Origin: Myxococcota bacterium
GTDB taxonomy: Bacteria > Myxococcota_C > UBA6777
Direction of reading: 5' to 3'
Length of the DNA: 64,000 nucleotides
Assembly (NCBI GenBank): GCA_023150835.1
Contig: JAKLKB010000017.1
Location: 1 to 64,000 of the forward strand
This document shows, piece by piece, positions 38,020-48,608 of this stretch (positions are counted from its first letter, which is position 1; each line of letters opens with the position of its first letter). The notes below the pieces were generated by a model. The model ran no database searches. It saw nothing but the letters and a program-made list of their open reading frames with translations, and was not told the origin of the DNA. Made by a program: the position numbers and the translations under genes.

Positions 38020-40362
38020 ATGTTGGAAAGCAAGGGAGAGAGAGAGGGGTTATGGTCGCATCCACATCAACGGTTGTTGGAACACGTCGATCAGGTATAC
38101 AAGACGACGGGTTGGATCGTGGAGCAACACAGCAGCGAAGGGTTGTTGGGAAGAGAAGATATCCGGCGGATGGCGCTTCGTTTGGCGCGCCTGCATGATC
38201 TGGGCAAAGGCACGCCAGCGTTCCAATCGTACATCAGGGATCCAGCGAGGTACCAAGGAAAACCGAATGAAAAGGCGCATACGCCGCTGTCGTTGGTGTT
38301 GACGCTGTGGTTGGCGAAGCAGGAAGGTTGGGGATTTGAGGAGGCATTTGCGTTGGCGCAGGCGGCGTGGGGACACCATACAAGACTGCGGGGTTGGAAA
38401 GAGATGGTGGATCTGTTTGTGTGCGATCAATGGATGCGGGTGATAGAGCGGCAGCTTCCGCAGATGGATCTGCGGCTGCTAGGGGAGGAAAGTGGAGAGG
38501 TGGGGTTGATGGCGTTGGGAGAGGCTGGAGAGAGCGTTGATCTGGACGAGTTGGGGGATTGGTGGGGGGATGAAGCGGAGAAGCTGGAAAGGATGGGGCT
38601 GGAGGAAGGGTTTGCGTATCGGGTGAAAGTTCAGGCATTGTTTTCGGTGTTGCTGGAGGCGGACAAGGCGTTGTTGGTGATGGGGGAGGAACTCTACAAG
38701 GAGAAAAAGACGTACACGCTGTCGATTGGGAGGATAGACGCTTATGTGGGAGAACAAGCGAAGACGCCGTTGGATAGGGCGAGGGAAGAAGCGCGGCAAA
38801 AGGTGTTGTTGTCGGTAGAGAGGGCGAAGGAGCGGGTGCAGCATCTGATCTTGCCGACGGGGATGGGGAAGACGTTGGCAGCGGCATCATGGGCGTTTGG
38901 GCATCGAGAGAAGGCGTTAGGTAGGCCGCCGAAGGTGGTGGTGGTGATGCCTTTTTTGAGTGTGATCGAGCAAACAGAGCGGGTGTATCGGCGTGTTTTG
39001 GAGGTGGAAGCGGGAGGGAGCATGATGTTGGCGTCGCACTCGTTGAGCGAGCGGGTGTATGACAGCGAGTCGGGGAGTGAAGCGGATTTCTTTTTAGATA
39101 CATGGCGTTCGGAGATCATCGTCACGACATACGATCAGCTATTGTTGGTGCTTTTTGATCCGAGGGCACGATATCAGATGCGTTTTCATGGGTTGATGGA
39201 TGCGTTGTTGATCTTGGACGAGCTTCAGGGGCTGCCGTGTGGGGTGTGGGAACCCGTGTCGAGGATGCTGGGTGCGTTGTGTGCGGAGGGGAATACGCGA
39301 GTGTTGGCGATGTCAGCGACGTTGCCGCCGTTTTTGAGCGGATCGGTGTCTGTTTTGGAACAGGGAGATGTGGAAGCGTATCGGGGGATGTTTCAGCGGT
39401 ATCGGATCGTGTTGGAGCATCGGAGAAAGCAGACATTGGAGGAATTTAAAGAGGGTTTGTTGGGCGAAGTGGAGGATTGGGAGAAGGAAGGTAAGCGGGT
39501 GTTGATCACGTTGAACACAAGGCGATCAGCGCGATGGTTGAGGGATAGGCTTGCGGAGGTGTGGGGTGAGGAAGGGTTGTATTTTTTGAGTGCGGATGTG
39601 ACGCCGTTGGATCGATCTTCGGCGTTGCGTTCGATCCGCAAAAGCCAAGGCGCGGAGGGAGGGCGCAAAGGTTGTTTGGTGGTGTCTACGCAATGTATCG
39701 AGGCGGGGGTGGATATCGATATGGATCTAGTCATTCGAGACTTTGCACCGCTCGATAGTCTGATCCAGATATCGGGACGCTGCAATCGCAACGGAGAGAA
39801 GCCACGTTGTGATGTGCGGGTGGTGTCGCTTTGCGATGAAGGAGGCAAGTCCTTTGCGGAGATGATCTACGATCGCATTCATCTGGATGCGACGCACGAG
39901 GTGCTGAGGCACAGCGAGGTGATCTTGGAAGAGCAGGCTGGAGGGATCTGCGATGCGTACTTTGGTTTGCTGTCGGAGCGAAAGAACACGGGACTTGAAG
40001 CAGCACAGAAGTTTGCACGATTTGAGGGAGAGGTGTGCGTGCGTGAGTTGTTGCGTGGGAAGCAAGCCGAGCAGTACACGATCGTGATCGCAGAGCAGAT
40101 TGCGGGCTTACGGGAGCGATTCGAGGAAGCGATGAGACAAAGGGATCGTTGGGAGAGGCGGAGGGCATTGCGAGGATTGGCAGCGGAGATGGCGCGTGTT
40201 TCCGTGCAAATCTATGCAACAAAAAAATTGGATCCGAATGAATTTGCGGAGGAACGGGGCGTTGCGTACTTTTTGCGCGAGGATAAGAGGCATTTGTACA
40301 CATCGGCACGGGGGTTGGATCTTGAAGGGGTGAAGGGAGGAGAGGCGACCGTTTGTTTTTGA
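38020..40362 (+). CDS. cas3: Cas3 HD nuclease-helicase
   Basis: EH..LHDLGK..HH..ADK HD domain; PTGMGKT, DELQ, MSAT, STQCIEAGVDID, QISGRCNR. Confidence 0.95.
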   Translation: MLESKGEREGLWSHPHQRLLEHVDQVYKTTGWIVEQHSSEGLLGREDIRRMALRLARLHDLGKGTPAFQSYIRDPARYQGKPNEKAHTPLSLVLTLWLAKQEGWGFEEAFALAQAAWGHHTRLRGWKEMVDLFVCDQWMRVIERQLPQMDLRLLGEESGEVGLMALGEAGESVDLDELGDWWGDEAEKLERMGLEEGFAYRVKVQALFSVLLEADKALLVMGEELYKEKKTYTLSIGRIDAYVGEQAKTPLDRAREEARQKVLLSVERAKERVQHLILPTGMGKTLAAASWAFGHREKALGRPPKVVVVMPFLSVIEQTERVYRRVLEVEAGGSMMLASHSLSERVYDSESGSEADFFLDTWRSEIIVTTYDQLLLVLFDPRARYQMRFHGLMDALLILDELQGLPCGVWEPVSRMLGALCAEGNTRVLAMSATLPPFLSGSVSVLEQGDVEAYRGMFQRYRIVLEHRRKQTLEEFKEGLLGEVEDWEKEGKRVLITLNTRRSARWLRDRLAEVWGEEGLYFLSADVTPLDRSSALRSIRKSQGAEGGRKGCLVVSTQCIEAGVDIDMDLVIRDFAPLDSLIQISGRCNRNGEKPRCDVRVVSLCDEGGKSFAEMIYDRIHLDATHEVLRHSEVILEEQAGGICDAYFGLLSERKNTGLEAAQKFARFEGEVCVRELLRGKQAEQYTIVIAEQIAGLRERFEEAMRQRDRWERRRALRGLAAEMARVSVQIYATKKLDPNEFAEERGVAYFLREDKRHLYTSARGLDLEGVKGGEATVCF

Positions 40363-40377
40363 GAGAAGCGGTTTGAT

Positions 40378-40501
40378 AAAAAACCCCGTGTTCGCGGTTG
40401 TTCAAGCGAGAGCGTCGTTGGTTTGAAAAACAGTGATCGTTTCGCCCCTTTCGGGGTCAAGGGGCCGTTGGTCCCTTGCGGGGTATGGGGCAGCGCCCCA
40501 T
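40378..40501 (-). repeat. Dispersed element, copy E (between convergent cas3 and mnmH)
   Basis: Reverse complement is nearly identical to copy C over CCCCTTGACCCCGAAAGGGGCGAAACGATCACTGTTTTTCAAACCAACGAC. Confidence 0.82.
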
Positions 40502-40531
40502 GAACGATGAATCGAAGCGAAGTGAAGGAGA

Positions 40532-41608
40532 TCAGAGAAGGGAAGTGCGTTGGAGAGACCATGAGTGGAGGGAGCGGGCGGCATTGTGGAGGGTGTGGGG
40601 ATGGAGATCGGGCAAGGAGTGCGTGTGTTCTTGTGGGGATGGGAAGAGGATGTGGCTGGAACGGGCGTAGCAAGGGTCGTAATGGGCGGTGAGGAGGGCG
40701 TCAGCGAGTTCGGTCCAGCGCTGTTGTTGGAGTAGGGAGTGCCATTGTTGGAGGGTGAGGGCGGGGTGAAGGGGTTTGAGCTTGTCGAGCAACATCTCGA
40801 AGGTCTGGGGATTGTGGATGAAGTGTTGGTATTCATCGAGCAGAAGGGCGATACGGATGGGATGGGGTGTTTGGAGATGGACACGCGGTGCGTGGCGAAG
40901 CGTATCCCAAAGGGGTTTGGGGATCTGGACGCGACCGATCTTGTTACTTTCGGACTCGATCCAGACGGGTCGTGTGGGATCGAGATGGCGCAAAGCATCC
41001 CAGAGCAACGTTTCAAAGTGTTTTTGTGAAGGTTGACGGCGTTGTGGATCTTCCCACCAGTACGAGCCCAAGAGCGATCCGCGATGTTGGGCCAAGGCTT
41101 CGAGATCGATGATCTGCGCGCCTTGCTGTTGTAAAGCCTCAAGCAGTCGGGTTTTTCCGCTACCTGTTGGGCCTGCAAGCAAGATCATGGGTATCGCTGA
41201 AAAGTCCTCTGCAAGGGCACGGCGAACTTCGGAGCGAAAGCCCTTGTATCCGCCTTGAAGCGTATGCACCTGCCATCCGACGGCCTGCAACACCATCGCC
41301 AAGCTCGCCGAGCGCATCCCGCCACGCCAACAGTACACCAACGGCGCAAAGCGCTTGTCTTTGTCAGCAAAGTAGCTGCTGAGATGCTCGCTGATGCGGC
41401 GGTTACAGATGGCGGCCCCTTGTTTGGCGGCCTCGAAGGGATGAGACTTGTAGAGAAGGCCGATGCGTGCGCGTTCTTCATCGACCATGACAGGGAGAGA
41501 GAGCGCGTGGGGGATGTGATCTTCGCGATACTCCGAAGGTGAGCGCACATCAAGGATCGCATCAAAAGAAGAAAGATCGTAGCTTGTCCAGATTCCAAAA
41601 GGTCGCAT
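40532..41608 (-). CDS. mnmH: tRNA 2-selenouridine synthase
   Basis: Rhodanese DVRSPSEY..HIP, YCWRGGMRS, GGYK; P-loop GPTGSGKT; DLEALAQHRGS, QPSQKHFE, ESESNKIG. Confidence 0.93.
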   Translation of the reverse strand: MRPFGIWTSYDLSSFDAILDVRSPSEYREDHIPHALSLPVMVDEERARIGLLYKSHPFEAAKQGAAICNRRISEHLSSYFADKDKRFAPLVYCWRGGMRSASLAMVLQAVGWQVHTLQGGYKGFRSEVRRALAEDFSAIPMILLAGPTGSGKTRLLEALQQQGAQIIDLEALAQHRGSLLGSYWWEDPQRRQPSQKHFETLLWDALRHLDPTRPVWIESESNKIGRVQIPKPLWDTLRHAPRVHLQTPHPIRIALLLDEYQHFIHNPQTFEMLLDKLKPLHPALTLQQWHSLLQQQRWTELADALLTAHYDPCYARSSHILFPSPQEHTHSLPDLHPHTLHNAARSLHSWSLQRTSLL

Positions 41609-41874
41609 CGTGGTTTCTTTGATCGTGGTTTCTTTGATCGTGGTTTCTGTTGGGGGTGGGTTGTAAGGCGAAAAGGCCGATATGTGGTGAAAGTAGGCTC
41701 AAGGGTCACGAGATCGGCTTGCGATGCTAAGGCACAATCGGCGAAAACGCAACATGGTTGGTGCTGTTGTGGCAAAGGGAGGTGGAGAAGAGTTGATTTT
41801 TTGATCGCGATCTGTTTTGTTGTGCGTGATCAGAGAATGATTCGGAGAGGACTTGTTGGGTTTGTTTGATTTGA

Positions 41875-42000
41875 TGTGGGGTTTCACCCCATGCCTCACA
41901 AGGGGGCGCGGCTCTATGGACCCCGTGTTTGGCGAAAAGACCATAGATCTTTCAACACAACGGCTCTGTTGCTTGAAGTGCCGAGAACAAGGGTGTTTTG
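41875..42000 (+). repeat. Dispersed element, copy F
   Basis: TGGGGTTTCACCCCA..AAGGGG..GGACCCCGTG..TTTCAACACAAC..GCTTGAA..GAACAAGGG. Confidence 0.7.
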
Positions 42001-42030
42001 TGATGGGTAGTATGAGAGGAAAAGACCGCG

Positions 42031-42498
42031 ATGTGTGATGTTGTGTCGGAGAGTCCGTTGTTTTCGGTGGCGTTGTCGTTTTTTGAAGAAGACGAATGGG
42101 AGTACCAGCGGTCGAGTGGCGAAGTGTTGTTGATGCAGTTTCGAGCGGAGCACGCGTTGTTGCGGTGCGTTGCGCAAGTAGAGCCTACGCAAGAGGTGTT
42201 TTTGTTTTATTCGATGTTGGGCGTGTATGTGTCGGAGCCCAAGAGAGAGAAGGTGGCGTTGTTTTTGACGCGAGCCAACTATGGGATGCGGGTGGGGAAT
42301 TTTGAGATGGATCTGGAGGATGGAGAGGTGCGGTTTAAGACGAGCTTTGTGGCATCGGGGGCGGAAGCCACCGTCGAGATGGTACGCCGGACGGTGTATT
42401 ACAACCTCGCGATGATGGACAAGTATTATGTGGGGTTGATGCGGGTGGTGTTTGCGGATGTGACGCCGGAAGAAGCCATCCATGAGATCGAAGGATAG
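42031..42498 (+). CDS. YbjN-domain protein
   Basis: FLTRANYGMRVGNFEMDLEDGEVRFKT motif. Confidence 0.85.
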   Translation: MCDVVSESPLFSVALSFFEEDEWEYQRSSGEVLLMQFRAEHALLRCVAQVEPTQEVFLFYSMLGVYVSEPKREKVALFLTRANYGMRVGNFEMDLEDGEVRFKTSFVASGAEATVEMVRRTVYYNLAMMDKYYVGLMRVVFADVTPEEAIHEIEG

Positions 42499-42532
42499 TC
42501 AAGCAGCAGAGTCGTCTGTGTGGAAAACACCT

Positions 42533-42724
42533 GAAACTCCGTTGTTTGCGGTGTTTCAAGCGGCAGAGTCATTGGTTTGAAAAACACCTGATCACGCCGC
42601 CAATACGGGGTCCATAGAGCCGCGCTAAGGAAGTGGGGTATGGGGCAAAGCCCCACAAAACCATCTGAGAACGCGAGTCCAAAAAGAAAGAAGTGTGTGG
42701 GATGTGGGGCAAAGCCCCACAAAG
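42533..42724 (-). repeat. Dispersed element, copy G, with duplicated left hairpin
   Basis: TTCAAGCG..TTGGTTTGAAAA..CGGGGTCCA..TGGGGCAAAGCCCCACAAAA; the hairpin recurs at 42705-42724. Confidence 0.72.
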
Positions 42725-42838
42725 CCATCTGAGAGCGCAGGTTCTAAAACAAAGAAGCGTGCGCAAGAAAGTTACAAAAAACCCAAAAAAAGCGTGCGAA
42801 GGAAAGCACAAAAACCGAAGCAGAGGACGGAGTGAGCG

Positions 42839-43975
42839 ATGTTGAGGAAGAGGTGGTTGCGCGTGGTGGCGGTGTGTACGTTGTTGCTGTTTGCGTGGTC
42901 GTGTGTCGCGGATCGGGCGGGTCGGATCTGGGTGGATGCAGACTTTGCGAACGGGCAGATCGCGCTGAAAGGGATCGAGTTGTTGCCGCTGCGGTTGTCG
43001 GTGAATATCGACGGGAACGGGCGGGCAGCGATCGCGGAAGTGAAGGCGGCGCATGAGACGGTGGCGCGTTTGGTGGACGAAGAATTGCGGCGAGTGATGA
43101 GCGTGAAAGGGTATCAATTGGCGCGGGGGCAGATCTCACGCGAGCGGCTGTTGCATATTTTATCGCAAATCGACGGTGCAACGGGCGAAGACGCAGAAGA
43201 GGGAGCGACCAAGGGCGTGACGCCGATCTTGGTGGAGGGCGGGATCCCGGGGACGGACGCGGTGATGGTGATCGAAGGGGCAGCGAATCTCACAACAGAC
43301 GGAAAGAAGGCGGTACAGACGACGGTGATCGTGTTGTTGGTGGCGCTGATCGTGGCGATTATTGTGTTGGCGGTGGCGCTGGGGGCGAAGAACTCGGGAG
43401 GAAAAGGTGGGAAGGGTGTTAAATCGAGAGGTTGGCGAACAGCGGGCCGTTCTGTAGCGGGGGGGAAAGTCAGCGTTGAACGCAGCGGATATCGGAATTA
43501 TCGGCAATATTATCGGACGCACCGAGCCTCAAGAGCGATCCCCTCGGCGGGTGCGTCGCGCCAATACAAGACGCGGTATATGTATGGCGGGCGTTGGCGG
43601 AGTTATCGGGATGCGTATATTCGGCCTTTGGAAGCGGCTTCGATGGTGTTGTATTTTTCGTCTTCGTTGGAGGCGATGGCTGAGGCCCAAAAGGGTCTAC
43701 CCCCGACGGCTGAAAACAATCAGCCGTTCTTTTCGGGTTCTTATCTGGATATCAAGATGTCGTTGATTGAGAAGGGGACAGGGTTGCTATTGTGGTTTGT
43801 GGATCAGCGTTGGAAGATCGAACCCAACAAGCCCGAAGCGGTGCAACAGCAGATGAAAGCGTTGTTTGCGGAGTTTCCTGCGGCAAAGGAACCCCCGCCA
43901 GGCCCTGCGGTTCCGTTGGCTCCTGCGGGGACTCCGCCGCCTCCGCCGCCCGGTCCGAAGTTTTTGGAAGATTGA
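42839..43975 (+). CDS. Hypothetical lipoprotein/membrane protein
   Basis: Lipobox-like FAWSC; internal TM helix; Pro-rich C-terminus. Confidence 0.7.
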   Translation: MLRKRWLRVVAVCTLLLFAWSCVADRAGRIWVDADFANGQIALKGIELLPLRLSVNIDGNGRAAIAEVKAAHETVARLVDEELRRVMSVKGYQLARGQISRERLLHILSQIDGATGEDAEEGATKGVTPILVEGGIPGTDAVMVIEGAANLTTDGKKAVQTTVIVLLVALIVAIIVLAVALGAKNSGGKGGKGVKSRGWRTAGRSVAGGKVSVERSGYRNYRQYYRTHRASRAIPSAGASRQYKTRYMYGGRWRSYRDAYIRPLEAASMVLYFSSSLEAMAEAQKGLPPTAENNQPFFSGSYLDIKMSLIEKGTGLLLWFVDQRWKIEPNKPEAVQQQMKALFAEFPAAKEPPPGPAVPLAPAGTPPPPPPGPKFLED

Positions 43976-44024
43976 TAGGCGTGACGCTGTTGGTTTGTGT
44001 TGTGGGGCGAGGGGCCAGACGCCG

Positions 44025-45815
44025 TTAGAGGATTCCGCTGATGGATTCGAGGCGTTGTCGGTTGAGGAGATCCCATTTGGCGTCCATGATCTCGATGGCT
44101 TCGTGGAGGGGGAGAGCGCGGTAGTAGGTTTGGCCGTCGGGGGCTTGGAATTGTTCGATCAGAGGGAGGTGATGGTCGTCGCGTTCTTGGTCGGGGCGGA
44201 TGACGAGTTTTTTGAGGGCGTCGTCGACTTCAAAGTCGATCTCGATGCCTTCGAAGTACTGTTTGAGGAATTCTTCGATGGCTCCGTCGAGTTGTTCTTC
44301 GGTCATGGCTTCGTCTTGAAGCCAGAGCATGTAATAAGCGAGGACGGTTTCTTTGTATTCTTGTTCTTCGATGGAGTCGACGAGGTATTGGAGGACACCT
44401 GTGTGGTTGTCGAGGTTTTTGTCGTAGAGTTCGGAGATCATGCGGGCATTGTAGCGTTGGACGGTGCGGATGTAGCCCATGATCATCCGAAAGAACAGAC
44501 CGAGCAGGACGGCCATAATTACAAAAGCGGCGCTTCCGCCCGATTGAAGGCCCTTCCAGAGAGCATAGAGACTGCCGACACCTGTGAGACTGATGAGGGT
44601 GATGTCAAAGGACTTCATGCTGGGTTTTTTGAAGGGGAGGATGACTTCGGCATCGGCGAGTGGGATGCGTTTGAACATCTTGATATAGATGTTGTGGTCG
44701 ATTTGGGTGGGGTCGGCTTTTTTGCGTTGGATGCGATCGCGGAGTTGATCGACGAGGGCTTTGGTGGGAGTTTGTCGGAAGAGACAGATCATGCGTTCGA
44801 GTTCGGGTTCTTGGAGGATCTTGGGTTTGAAGAGGTCGCGCAGGAGGATGGGTTGGTTTTCCATGTTGAGGCGTCGGATCCAACGGCGTTCAAAGACGAC
44901 GGTCCGTGCATCGTCGGCTTGGTGGGTGGTTTGTTGTTTGTCTTGGCCGATCAATCCGAAGGTCAGGAGGTTGGCGAGGCGTCCGACGTCGCCGATGACG
45001 TCTTGAACGAGGTTTTTGTCGACGTTGCGCTCGCCGCGTAAGATCTCGATCAGGCGTTGGATGGGGAAGAAGAGTTTTCCAATGATCGAAGAGATCCAGA
45101 TATCGAGTTTTTGCATGGGTTGTGCGGCTTGTCGGCGATCGCAGTCGATACCGCGCCAGAACAGCAGGACGCGGTTTTTGAAGTCGGGATGGGGTTGGAG
45201 ATAATCGGAGAGGGTTTCGGCTTCGAGGATACGGCGAAGTGAGGCGGCATCAGGCGAGGTTTGGACGTACTGTTCGAAGTCTTGGAGGAGTTGGGGGTCG
45301 TGGCGATCCCATTGGATGCGGACTTTGAGGTCGAAGAGGTAGCTGTAGAGTTGGGCGTCTTCGACTTGTTTTTGGGTGAAGGGAAGGAAGTTTCCGCGAA
45401 GCATGGTGTGCAAGAAGTTACTGAGGAAGCGGTGTTCGCGGTAAAGGAGTTCTTCTGGACTGCTGGAACGTCGGCGCAGGGGGCCGCTGTCAGGGTCAAA
45501 GAATTCATAATCGCTTTTGAGTTCGTCGAGGAGGGCGTGGTAGTGAAAGTGGTAGAGGGACTCGATGCGGCTGAGAAAGTGCTTGAAGTCGCGTCGGGCT
45601 TGTTGGACTTTGGGGAACTGCCAAAGGATCTCGTTGAGGCGAAACTTGCTGATGGCGATGTAGTGTTCGTGGGGGATCTCGATCCAGTCGTGATCTTCCC
45701 AGACATCGCCGCTCGAAGTGTCGGATGGATGGGGAGGTTTGGGGCCTCGCCAGAACAGTCCTTCTTCTTCCCAAGAGCCGACAGAGGGGGGAGGTGTTTG
45801 TTGCATGGAAGACAT
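44025..45815 (-). CDS. DUF3754 (TMEM143-like) membrane protein
   Basis: Start re-set to MSSMQQ. IYIKMFKRIPLADAEVILP and LYDKNLDNHTGVL..LVDSIEEQEYKE..LAY..DFEVDDAL.KL motifs. Confidence 0.75.
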   Translation of the reverse strand: MSSMQQTPPPSVGSWEEEGLFWRGPKPPHPSDTSSGDVWEDHDWIEIPHEHYIAISKFRLNEILWQFPKVQQARRDFKHFLSRIESLYHFHYHALLDELKSDYEFFDPDSGPLRRRSSSPEELLYREHRFLSNFLHTMLRGNFLPFTQKQVEDAQLYSYLFDLKVRIQWDRHDPQLLQDFEQYVQTSPDAASLRRILEAETLSDYLQPHPDFKNRVLLFWRGIDCDRRQAAQPMQKLDIWISSIIGKLFFPIQRLIEILRGERNVDKNLVQDVIGDVGRLANLLTFGLIGQDKQQTTHQADDARTVVFERRWIRRLNMENQPILLRDLFKPKILQEPELERMICLFRQTPTKALVDQLRDRIQRKKADPTQIDHNIYIKMFKRIPLADAEVILPFKKPSMKSFDITLISLTGVGSLYALWKGLQSGGSAAFVIMAVLLGLFFRMIMGYIRTVQRYNARMISELYDKNLDNHTGVLQYLVDSIEEQEYKETVLAYYMLWLQDEAMTEEQLDGAIEEFLKQYFEGIEIDFEVDDALKKLVIRPDQERDDHHLPLIEQFQAPDGQTYYRALPLHEAIEIMDAKWDLLNRQRLESISGIL

Positions 45816-46142
45816 ACCTTTCGACACATCAAACAGCGATGCGATCTGGAATCGATAGAGCCGAAGCATCGGGCGTTGTGTGCTTTGTTCTGGTGGAGAA
45901 GACCGTCGAAAAAGAGTAGATGCAGGGTAGGATAGAAGGCAGCGCTTGTCAACGTGTGGCTGCGCGGGTCGAACAAGTGCGAGTCTGTGGGGTTGGTGGG
46001 GTGTAGTCAGCCACTTGTCAAGAGGTTGTGTGCGTCCTACTCTTGAAGATCGTTGCTTCTTATCGTGCATCGGAAAGTGGTTTGGTCCCGTCTTCTTGCA
46101 GACTTTACCCGCAAGAGACCCCCTACGCTTGGAGGTTTTGGG

Positions 46143-47501
46143 ATGAATTGTGTAAGCTGTGGAAGTCATCTTGAGCAAGGGGTTGTCTTCTGCAAGGTTT
46201 GTGGGAAGTACAACGCCCACAACAAACATCCCCAATCTATCGGTTCTTCAACGGCCCCCTCTCCATCTGCTCCACGCCCTGCGGCTCCACCCACCCCCTA
46301 TCCCGGGGGGCCACAACCTACCTCGCAGTATCCGGGGATTCCCCAACAAACAGGCCAGTACCCGGGGGTTCCCCAACAAACAGGCCAGTACCCGGGGGTT
46401 CCCCAACAAACAGGCCAGTACCCGGGGGTTCCCCAACAAACAGGCCAGTACCCGGGGGTTCCCCAACAAACAGGGACACACCAAGGGTTTCCCCAACAAA
46501 CAGGGACACATCAGCCACCCCCGTATACTCCGCAGCCGTCCTATCCATCGGCAGGGCAGCCGTACAATCCGTATGGCCCGCCGTCTTCGTCGGCGCAACA
46601 GGTGAATCGACCGGCCTCTTCGCAGATGCACCGTGTGGTGGAGCCGTTTGGAGAGGTGAATGTGCATGTGGGTCCACACGCGAAGCAGATCATCGCGACG
46701 CTGTTGACGTATCAAGTGCAAGAAGGAACGAAGACAGGGCTTGCGCTGGACGGTTCGTTGTCGATGAAGAAGGTGTATGGGCAAGGCGGAGGCAAAGGGA
46801 CTTTTTTTGGTGGGGCGCAAACAAACGAAGTGCAGCCGATCGCGCAGTTGATGTGTCGGTTTCTCGCGGAAGAGGTGGACTGTCGGGGACAAACGACGGC
46901 GTTGTATTGGGCGTGCGGTCCGATGGGTGCAGAGATCGAATTGTTGGGAGATATCTCGGTTTCTGCAGCGAATCAATCGGTGTTTGGGGGGCCTACGAGC
47001 TTTGGCCGAGGGACGCGGTTGATGCCGCCGCTGCGGTATTTTGCGGAAGCATCGAAGGATGCGGCGTTTGGGATGTATGTGTTTGTCACAGACGGAGCGA
47101 TCGACGACTTGGAAGAAGTCAAAGCGTTCACGACCGAACTTGCGCAAACGATCGAAGCGGGGAAGCGTCCGCCATTTAAGGGGGTGTTGATCGGCCTAGG
47201 CCCAGAAGTCAAAGAAGAACAGATGATCGAGTTGGACGATCTGGAGACAGGGACAGAGGTGGATATCTGGGATCACAAGTTGGCGGGGGATCTGCGGCAG
47301 ATGTGGGATATTTTTGCGGAGGTGGTGTCGAGAAACGAGATCCTTGCGCCGTGGGGTCGGATCTTGGATCAGGACTTACGTTTGTTGAAAGAGTATCCGA
47401 ACGGTCTTCCGACGCTGTTGGAGTTTGAGGTTCCGTTGACGACGACACATATCATCCTCGAAGCTGCGGGGCAGCGGGCTGAACCACAGCCGCTTTTTTG
47501 A
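46143..47501 (+). CDS. Zinc-ribbon + Pro/Gln repeats + vWA domain protein
   Basis: Start re-set to MNCVSCG (GGAGG RBS). CxxC..CxxC; PGVPQQTGQY repeats; MIDAS ALDGSLSM and FVTDG. Confidence 0.82.
   Translation: MNCVSCGSHLEQGVVFCKVCGKYNAHNKHPQSIGSSTAPSPSAPRPAAPPTPYPGGPQPTSQYPGIPQQTGQYPGVPQQTGQYPGVPQQTGQYPGVPQQTGQYPGVPQQTGTHQGFPQQTGTHQPPPYTPQPSYPSAGQPYNPYGPPSSSAQQVNRPASSQMHRVVEPFGEVNVHVGPHAKQIIATLLTYQVQEGTKTGLALDGSLSMKKVYGQGGGKGTFFGGAQTNEVQPIAQLMCRFLAEEVDCRGQTTALYWACGPMGAEIELLGDISVSAANQSVFGGPTSFGRGTRLMPPLRYFAEASKDAAFGMYVFVTDGAIDDLEEVKAFTTELAQTIEAGKRPPFKGVLIGLGPEVKEEQMIELDDLETGTEVDIWDHKLAGDLRQMWDIFAEVVSRNEILAPWGRILDQDLRLLKEYPNGLPTLLEFEVPLTTTHIILEAAGQRAEPQPLF
46327..46510 (+). repeat. Intragenic 30-bp tandem repeats (QYPGVPQQTG)
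   Basis: CAGTACCCGGGGGTTCCCCAACAAACAGGC x ~6. Confidence 0.9.
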
Positions 47502-47532
47502 GTAGCGGGCTGAACCACAGCCGCTTTTTTGA
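47473..47532 (+). terminator. Duplicated hairpin + T tract (terminator-like) at the end of the first vWA gene
   Basis: AGCGGGCTGAACCACAGCCGCTTTTTTGA occurs twice in tandem. Confidence 0.55.
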
Positions 47533-47606
47533 TCGGTAGTGACGAGTCTGTTCGGTATGGAGCGGGCTTTGGGAGAGGCGTGTAAACCAAAGAGAAAGGG
47601 GCCGAG

Positions 47607-48608
47607 ATGACAAGTTATCAATTGCCAAGCGACCAAACACACGAAGCATTCGGGGAGATCAACGTCGAGCGGACAAAGACCGAAACACGGGTGGAGTTAA
47701 CGATCTTGATGGAGCCTGAGATCGAGGGGGTGCAGACAGGGATCGCGCTGGATGGTTCGGCGTCGATGCGTGGGGCATTTGGGCGATTGAAGAAGACGCC
47801 GCCGCGAGAAGTGTTCGACGATCTGTTGCGTCGTGGCCTAATGACCGAGCAGATCAAAGATGGTCACGCGACTTATCAACCGACGGCTGCGGCGATCGAG
47901 CAACTGAAATTAAAGGGGCATTGGGGATCGACGGACAACGTGGTCGAAGCGCAAGCACGCGAGATGACGGGGTATCTGGCGAACAATGTGGACGAAGATG
48001 GCGGGACGACGGTGATTTATTGGGCGTGTGGAGATGGCCGTCAAGTCGAGGTGTTGGGGGATTTGACAGCGGCAGATTGCACGAAGCAGACGTTTGCAGG
48101 GCCGAGCGAGTTTGGACGAGGGACGTATCTGGTGCCTGCGATGCGCTATTTTTTGGAGCGTTTTGCGACGGCGAATTACGGTTTTTATGTGTTTATGACG
48201 GACGGTGCGTTGGATGATCTCGAAGAGGTGAAGCGGTACACGACGCAGTTGGCGCGTGATATCGCGGCAGGTCGGCGCAATCGCGTCAAGTGTGTGCTGA
48301 TCGGCGTTGGTCAAGATGTGCAGCGCGAACAGATGGAAGCGTTGGACGATCTGGATACGGGAACAGAGGTCGATATCTGGGATCACAAGATCGCCCATGA
48401 GATGCGCTCGATGATGGATATCTTTGCGGAAGTTGTCGATGCCAACGCCGTGATCGCACCCGAAGGAGCCGTCTATGATCAGCATCAGAAGCTGGTGAAG
48501 GCTTACAAAAACGGCGTTCCTGCGTCGCTGGAGTTTTTCTTGGGGCCGAACGCCAATGCTTTTACGCTGGAGATCGGCTCGATGCGCGTGACCCAGAAAC
48601 TCCCGTGA
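47607..48608 (+). CDS. vWA domain protein (paralog of the upstream vWA domain)
   Basis: ALDGSASM, YWACG, FMTDGALDDLEEVK, LDDLDTGTEVDIWDHK. Confidence 0.85.
   Translation: MTSYQLPSDQTHEAFGEINVERTKTETRVELTILMEPEIEGVQTGIALDGSASMRGAFGRLKKTPPREVFDDLLRRGLMTEQIKDGHATYQPTAAAIEQLKLKGHWGSTDNVVEAQAREMTGYLANNVDEDGGTTVIYWACGDGRQVEVLGDLTAADCTKQTFAGPSEFGRGTYLVPAMRYFLERFATANYGFYVFMTDGALDDLEEVKRYTTQLARDIAAGRRNRVKCVLIGVGQDVQREQMEALDDLDTGTEVDIWDHKIAHEMRSMMDIFAEVVDANAVIAPEGAVYDQHQKLVKAYKNGVPASLEFFLGPNANAFTLEIGSMRVTQKLP

Noticed and set aside
40532-41608. mnmH as a CRISPR-associated gene
   Set aside because: It is a housekeeping tRNA-modification gene, convergent with cas3 and separated from it by a dispersed element.
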